Source: Longivirga aurantiaca
GTDB taxonomy: Bacteria; Actinomycetota; Actinomycetes; S36-B12; CAIYMF01
Assembly: GCF_042660085.1 (NCBI RefSeq)
Contig: NZ_JBHSTI010000058.1
Location: 16,665-48,664 of the forward strand
Length of the DNA: 32,000 nt
Direction of reading: 5' to 3'
The position numbers and the translations under genes are program-made. Below are positions 27,801 to 32,000 of this stretch, one piece after another. The first letter of the stretch is position 1, and each line of letters begins with the position of its first letter. The notes beneath the pieces are model-generated. The model was given only the letters and a program-made list of their open reading frames with translations. It did not search any database and was not told the origin of the DNA.

Positions 27801-28237
27801 CCGTGCGCACCGACTGGCACGACCTGCTCCGTCTGGCCCGCCACGGGCTTATCAAGGACGACGGCGACCAGCTGAACGCGGCACTCAGACTCGTCCGCGG
27901 CCGCCCCTTCCTCGGAGTCGACCCGGCCGGCTACGCGTGGGCAGAGGCCGACGCGCAGACGATGATCAGCACCATCGTCGACATCGCCCACGACACCGCC
28001 ACCCACCTCATGGACAACGGGAGACCGACCGCCGCTCGGTCCGCACTCGCCACAGGACTCACCGTGGAGCCCGCCAGTGAGGCCCTCGCCTACCAGGCCA
28101 TGCTCCTCGCGGCACGAACCGGCGACCGCTGCGAACTCGAGCGGCTTGCCCACCGACTTCGCGAGCAAGTCAGGGCTATCGACCCCGACGCGACACTGGA
28201 CGCGACCTTGAGCGCACTACTGACGACGAGCAAATGA
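24854..28237 (+). CDS. Multidomain membrane protein: N-terminal TM helices, two LysM domains, TM helix, C-terminal BTAD (bacterial transcriptional activator domain)
   Basis: LysM1 'TVVRGDTLWDLAATHLGDGARFREIARLN...IHPGWVLLLP', LysM2 'YVVQRGDTLWDIAAHQLGDPLRYREIHQLNRD...IQPGWILLLP'; TM 'WSQIVLGLTALTATGFLAELARRRRRQQQQ'; C-terminal 'RGRSLELLAYLALHPGASASELDDALWPG...RNSLISRTRTWLG' plus TPR-like BTAD. Confidence 0.9.
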   Translation: MTRATTLATSRGAESVTHAGRRRRGAEIVRAVAALLVLAALIVGIPALLLVVAPALDWPTLSWQAITSALTRPDDGHLLLTALTLLAWAAWAVFAVSVVVETVAMLRGLPTPRLPLAGAPQKLAASLVASAAMLLAAPSGTAPGHIPPVPAVAADPAPTGSASSAQLPTSAPATGRPAAQPTAAPTSPQPRADHGAARASASSTSVHAHANDQVHQAGRAARDLTITVVRGDTLWDLAATHLGDGARFREIARLNYGRPQHDGRTLTDTHWIHPGWVLLLPEQHAAAPDTAHAPKPTPQPATQNGGSEHRTYVVQRGDTLWDIAAHQLGDPLRYREIHQLNRDRTQPDGQHLDDPRLIQPGWILLLPARHDADPAPGTAPTAPPRTPEAPPVDEPDGRAPVIPAPTTPRAVTAPPHRTPAVEPERTAAATPAPTEPSAQQTATPAAEAEAGDAISRSWSQIVLGLTALTATGFLAELARRRRRQQQQRRPGQRLPLPTGDPAAAERILRSARTPVTLDTVASALQQMADGCRTTGRPMPRLLAVLVGQHQLDIIVDVSMGNGAAGDEPPPAAPFTNAPAGEAPVGDNVVLWRLDPTALESAPGEDSAPSMSGIVAYPALVTLGTVEDRMFLLNLEAAGTFELVGDDHATAAVLRTLGVELATSPLSAASTLILTDHLRDLADVADPDRVAAVDDTAAARRADVRLATVRQALDAEDLPDLHDARSTGRALDHWAPEVHLGHDNAICPAPWSGVAVVTTASASRESATGWMMRVHADADAVLEPLGVHIVASRLSDTDYESLLALLDAANQQPEYVTEVAPGWERPATGSTAHIGELDESEEADDVESLIEQLISTAPLALRSRRAAVIAALPDIPGTADERDLEPDPDTPRIMLLGRVDVAGASTPATARRGRSLELLAYLALHPGASASELDDALWPGQRVTYDMRNSLISRTRTWLGTDHDGRPYLEHSNNSGRGYRLHPAVRTDWHDLLRLARHGLIKDDGDQLNAALRLVRGRPFLGVDPAGYAWAEADAQTMISTIVDIAHDTATHLMDNGRPTAARSALATGLTVEPASEALAYQAMLLAARTGDRCELERLAHRLREQVRAIDPDATLDATLSALLTTSK

Positions 28238-28316
28238 CTCCGCCGGGAAGCCGCCGAGGCTGGACGTGTCCACGGAGCATTGCCGGAGCGGGCTGGACGA
28301 GATGCAGGGCATTCAC

Positions 28317-28490
28317 TTCAGCTTCCGCGGTGCGATGCTGGGCATCCGCAATCCCGAGCTCACGAACTGTTCGGACACGAGGACCCAGAGAGCGCCCGTG
28401 AGTACCTCGGGTCCGCGAGTCTGCTGCACCGCCGCCTCGATATCGCTCAACAGAAGCTCGACGCGGGCTGATCTGGTCGCCTCAGCCATC
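28317..28490 (-). CDS. Small hypothetical ORF (about 57 aa), tentative
   Basis: Minus-strand translation MAEATRSARVELLLSDIEAAVQQTRGPEVLTGALWVLVSEQFVSSGLRMPSIAPRKLK with mostly G/C third positions; below the length cutoff of the supplied track; coordinates approximate. Confidence 0.25.
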
Positions 28491-28537
28491 TCCCCCAGGT
28501 CCCTATTCGCGAACTGCGTAGAGTTGATGGCGATCGG

Positions 28538-29260
28538 CTAGGCAGGCAGCAAGGGCAGGGCGAGTTGTGCCCTCGCAGCTCGCCGGACTTCGGACCTTCT
28601 CTGTGGGTCGCGCAAGGCGTCCTGCCGTGTCGGCCCGTCGGCGCTTGGCTGGCTGCGGAGGAAGTCGTGACACTCGTGTTCGGCGGCGGCGGGGTCGGCC
28701 CCCTGGGTCACACGCTCGCTTACCCAGTCCTCGGTCAGTTCCGCTTCGGCAGAAGGCCCCGCGGTGACTTCTGCGAAGAGATGGGTCGGGACGATGACTC
28801 GGCTGTTGTGGTGGACCCACCGCTGAAGGAGGAGGTTCACACCGACCTCGGAAAGGCAGGCGACACGGTCGTACGCGGCAAGGTCCTCCGGGGTGACCAC
28901 CAGGATCTGGTTGAACTTGCCCGCGCGGTGACCGGAGTCGCCTCCGACGGCTTCCAGCAGCTCAGGCAGTGGCATGAGCTTGAAGCTCCCCTTCCACTGT
29001 TCCGTGGAGAGCAGCGGTGCCGGCTCGACCTCCGCTACGAGAATGCGCGGGACAAGGTCAACTCCGTTGATGCGGAGCGCGCAGGGGTGCTGGAGTACGA
29101 GCAGCTGCGAGGGACCGACGGCCTCGCTGGCCTGGCCCTCCGCAAGCGGGCGCGGAGTGAACACGTCTCCGGTGAAGACGGGCCGCTCATCAGCGACGTC
29201 CTCTCCACGCGCGAGATACAGCTCTCCCCAGTCATGGGGTGCCTCGAGCTCACTGGGCAT
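28538..29260 (-). CDS. Hypothetical protein (240 aa) with GDVF...HPCAL motif; third gene of a 3-gene operon
   Basis: ATG 29260, 1-nt gap after the upstream gene stop (29262); translation 'VFTGDVFTPRPLAEG...LLVLQHPCALRINGVDLVPRILVAEV'. Confidence 0.75.
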   Translation of the reverse strand: MPSELEAPHDWGELYLARGEDVADERPVFTGDVFTPRPLAEGQASEAVGPSQLLVLQHPCALRINGVDLVPRILVAEVEPAPLLSTEQWKGSFKLMPLPELLEAVGGDSGHRAGKFNQILVVTPEDLAAYDRVACLSEVGVNLLLQRWVHHNSRVIVPTHLFAEVTAGPSAEAELTEDWVSERVTQGADPAAAEHECHDFLRSQPSADGPTRQDALRDPQRRSEVRRAARAQLALPLLPA

Positions 29261-29261
29261 G

Positions 29262-29900
29262 TCAGCCCTTGGTCCGGATGGACAGTTGCCCGTCCTCGGC
29301 CGCGAACACTTCGAAGTCCGAGCTGTACTGCTGACGCCAGTCGGGGTTCAGCTGGTTGAGGACGGTCTCCGTGTCTGTGTGGTTGCCCGCGTAGTCGAAC
29401 AGAAGCTGGTACTGCTCCTGTGCGTAGAGGTCGACGGGGGTGACCGGGATGCCCGTGACCAACGGCATCTCGAACCAGGACGCGACCTCACTGACGAGGT
29501 AATCCTCGGTGATCAGGTCGCAAGCTGCGACGAGGTTGGCGAGCATGCGCCGGTTGTCTCCAGTGACCTTGCCGCCCCGCCGCCACTTCTGCACTGACGG
29601 CACGCTCACGCGGACCATGCGGGCGATGTCTCGCCAGGAGAATCCGAGGTCTGACAGGTGACCCAGGAGTTCGAGGGGTGCCTCCTTGCCTCGACGCATT
29701 GCCCGGTCGGTCCACTCGTTGAGCTGGGTGTCGAGGTGTAGCCCTTGGGTGTCGTCGCTGAGCTGGCGCACCTGATGGCGTAGGAAGCCCGCCTTCTCCG
29801 TGAGCTGAGTCGATGTCTGGGTCGAGGAGCGCTGCGCTGCTTCCAGGCGGGGCACGCCGAGCTGCGACTCGGCTGTGGCCAGGTCGTTGTCACTTGCCAT
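29262..29900 (-). CDS. HTH-domain protein of unknown function (212 aa)
   Basis: 'LGFSWRDIARMVRVSVPSVQKWRRGGKVTGDNRRMLANLVA' helix-turn-helix; ATG at 29900 overlaps the previous gene by 11 nt. Confidence 0.8.
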   Translation of the reverse strand: MASDNDLATAESQLGVPRLEAAQRSSTQTSTQLTEKAGFLRHQVRQLSDDTQGLHLDTQLNEWTDRAMRRGKEAPLELLGHLSDLGFSWRDIARMVRVSVPSVQKWRRGGKVTGDNRRMLANLVAACDLITEDYLVSEVASWFEMPLVTGIPVTPVDLYAQEQYQLLFDYAGNHTDTETVLNQLNPDWRQQYSSDFEVFAAEDGQLSIRTKG

Positions 29901-30732
29901 CGCGGCGAAGCACCTCGTCTCGGAGTCGGTCGGTGATCGAGCTTTCGAACAGGGTTCTCACTGGTCCGTGGAGCGCCTCCAACGCGCTCGTGACCGCGTT
30001 CAGGTCAAGCTCCGGAACCGCCTGTGTGGCCGGACCCCAGTAGCTGTCGATGTCGATCAGGAAGAAGGGTCCGGGCGGCGGGGTCTTGCGCCGTAGATCG
30101 CCGTCGGGGGCGAGGGCGTATCCCTCCCCGGTTCCGTAGCGCAGGACGAGCGACATCTGCTCGAAATCGCCAGCGTCCAGCTTGCCGGAGTAGGTGGAGA
30201 TGCCCTGCCACGCGTCGTTCGTCAGCTCCAGCTGATCAGCCAGGTGGTTCGGCCCCAGAAGGGTGGGTCCGATCCAGTCTCTCCATGAGCTGGTGTCGCC
30301 GACGCTGGGTACTCGGATCTCGTCGATGTAGCGCAGACCGAGTCGTTCCACCCCGTCGAGCGATCCGACGCTCAGCCGGGCTGAGAGCACCCGTTGGGTA
30401 AGCGCAAGAAACGCCTCGAACCCAGGGTATTCAGTCGTCTCGATGACCACGGCGTCCGCATGGAACGTCGCGCTCGTAATCAGGTCGCGGCTGAGGAAGC
30501 GGGGGGAGCTGATGGCCGTGGTGGGTTGGAACTGAGGGGCGGCGACGCCGGGACCGATGGTGGCGACCATGCCAGCGGGGCGATTGAGCGGCCTAGCCAC
30601 AGGCAGTTCGTCTGCCAGCGCACGCTTGAGTTGCTGCTTCTCCCTGTCGCTCAACGTGCCGGCATCGGGGTGGCGGATCTCCGCTGCCACCAGGACCAAG
30701 GGCGCGTTCGGGTAGACCTCGCGGCTGGACAC
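29890..30732 (-). CDS. TIGR04255-like family protein
   Basis: GTG 30732; 'NAPLVLVAAEIRHPDAG...' start, 'RLGLRYIDEIRVP' central block and 'FEALHGPVRTLFESSITDRLRDEVLR'-type C-terminus resemble TIGR04255 proteins. Confidence 0.7.
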   Translation of the reverse strand: MSSREVYPNAPLVLVAAEIRHPDAGTLSDREKQQLKRALADELPVARPLNRPAGMVATIGPGVAAPQFQPTTAISSPRFLSRDLITSATFHADAVVIETTEYPGFEAFLALTQRVLSARLSVGSLDGVERLGLRYIDEIRVPSVGDTSSWRDWIGPTLLGPNHLADQLELTNDAWQGISTYSGKLDAGDFEQMSLVLRYGTGEGYALAPDGDLRRKTPPPGPFFLIDIDSYWGPATQAVPELDLNAVTSALEALHGPVRTLFESSITDRLRDEVLRRDGK

Positions 30733-31072
30733 GTTCGAGATGGTACTCCTCTCGCTACCCCAACGACAACCGGAACAACAACTGAAACAGTGACCGCAAT
30801 GTCGCAGGTGGCAATTGGGTTGGCCCCAAGACATCCCGTCGACCCAGCTTGGAGCCCCGCGCTGCCGCAGTAACAACAGTAGGAACCGGTCGGCCGCCGG
30901 CAGCTGGGCTGCACGGTGTCCCGGGTGGGTGCTTCACTGCCACGCCAGCCGTGGGGTGCTATGGCGCCATGTGTCGCAGCTCGACCCGGACTTCGTGCAC
31001 CATTGCCTTTGGGGGGTTACCGAGGTTTAGAGAATCTGGCTAAAGCGAACTAACATCGATAACATTGCCTGT

Positions 31073-32000
31073 GTGGACCCGCTGCGCAACCCCTACACGC
31101 CCAACGCTGGCGCGCGACCGCCGGTGATTTTGGGTCGCGACGACCAGTTGCAGACCTTCGCGCTGCTGCTGGCCCGGATGGCGGCCGGTCGCACCGAGCA
31201 GTCGATGATCATCACCGGTCTTCGCGGGGTTGGGAAGACGGTCCTGCTGGGAAGCTTCCGCACGGAGGCGCTCGGGCAGAGCTGGGTCGTGATCGACAGC
31301 GAGGTGAGCAAGCACTCCGACGACGCGTTCCGCCGCGACCTGGTGTCGGACTTCCGGACCGCGCTGTTCGAGCTGTCCCCGAAGGCGCGGTGGAGCGATC
31401 GGCTCAAGCGCGCTGCCTCGGTGTTGCGTTCCTTCTCGATCTCCGTCGACCCGTCCGGGTCGCTGACGGCTGGCGTCGACGTGGCTGCGCTGGAGGGGCA
31501 GGCGGACAGCGGCAACCTGCACCGCGACCTGAGCGATCTGTTCGTCGCGATCGGCGAAGCGGCGCAGGAGCAGGGCCGCGGGGTGGTCCTGCTCTACGAC
31601 GAGGTGCAGTTCCTCACCCAGCCCCAGCTCGAGGCGCTGATCGCGGCTCTGCACAAGACGGTGCAGCGCGGCCTCCCGGTCACTCTGGTTGGTGCGGGCC
31701 TTCCCCAGATCGCTGAGTTGGCAGGGGACGCGAAGTCGTACGCCGAGCGCCTGTTCAAGTTCCCGCGGATCGGCAGCCTGAGCGACGCGGACGCGAGCCG
31801 CGCGCTGGCCGACCCGGCCGAGAGCGAGGGCGCGACCTTCAGCCCTGGTGCGCTGCACCTCGCCGTCGAACTGACCGAGGGCTACCCGTACTTCATCCAG
31901 GAGTTGGGCTACGCCGTGTGGGGTGTGGCGGGCGGGCCGACGATCACCCCCGATGACGTCGAGGCGGCTCTGCCCCTATACGAGTCGAAGCTGGACTCCT
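31073..32000 (+). CDS. AAA family ATPase (Orc1/Cdc6-like AAA_16 type), 3'-truncated by window edge
   Basis: GTG 31073, open to window end: 'VDPLRNPYTPNAGARPPVILGRDDQLQTFALLLARMAAGRTEQSMIITGLRGVGKTVLL' Walker A; 'GVVLLYDEVQFLTQPQLEALIAALHK' Walker B/sensor. Absent from the ORF track because it has no stop in the window. Confidence 0.92.
   Translation, partial: MDPLRNPYTPNAGARPPVILGRDDQLQTFALLLARMAAGRTEQSMIITGLRGVGKTVLLGSFRTEALGQSWVVIDSEVSKHSDDAFRRDLVSDFRTALFELSPKARWSDRLKRAASVLRSFSISVDPSGSLTAGVDVAALEGQADSGNLHRDLSDLFVAIGEAAQEQGRGVVLLYDEVQFLTQPQLEALIAALHKTVQRGLPVTLVGAGLPQIAELAGDAKSYAERLFKFPRIGSLSDADASRALADPAESEGATFSPGALHLAVELTEGYPYFIQELGYAVWGVAGGPTITPDDVEAALPLYESKLDS

Larger units (their letters stand above)
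11739..32000. mobile_element. Left portion of an integrative element inserted at tRNA-Gly(CCC); right end outside window
   Basis: tRNA 3' fragment directly followed by a tyrosine integrase, an excisionase-like gene and accessory genes; no second att copy found within the window. Confidence 0.7.

Overview
High-GC actinobacterial DNA (Cellulomonas-like by codon style; an inference). It splits into two parts. (A) About 1-11.74 kb looks like ordinary chromosome: the 3' part of a DabB-DabA fused inorganic-carbon transporter gene, a LuxR-type response regulator with its histidine kinase, a possible glutaminase N-terminal remnant, a secreted S8 protease, a DUF1254/DUF1214-type protein with an upstream conserved partner, and a SulP anion transporter. 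(B) From about 11.74 kb to the right edge is the left part of an integrative element. It starts with a 3' half of a tRNA-Gly(CCC) gene (candidate att site), followed by a tyrosine integrase, a small excisionase-like gene, three unknown genes, an intergenic array of GACTCCGTC repeats, two secreted proteins, and a compact Tad/Flp-type pilus cluster (SAF/CpaB-like, TadZ-like, TadA, TadB, TadC, Flp-like, TadE-like x2, TadG-like). The cluster ends in a predicted membrane-spanning LysM-LysM-BTAD protein. After it lies a cargo region: a tight three-gene operon (TIGR04255-like, HTH, unknown HPC-motif protein) divergent from an AAA ATPase that runs off the window. The best candidates for an undescribed system are (i) the element-borne Tad pilus linked to the LysM/BTAD protein, (ii) the three-gene operon with the divergent ATPase, and (iii) the GACTCCGTC repeat array. 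No CRISPR array was seen. All family names come from motif recognition by eye; no database search was run.
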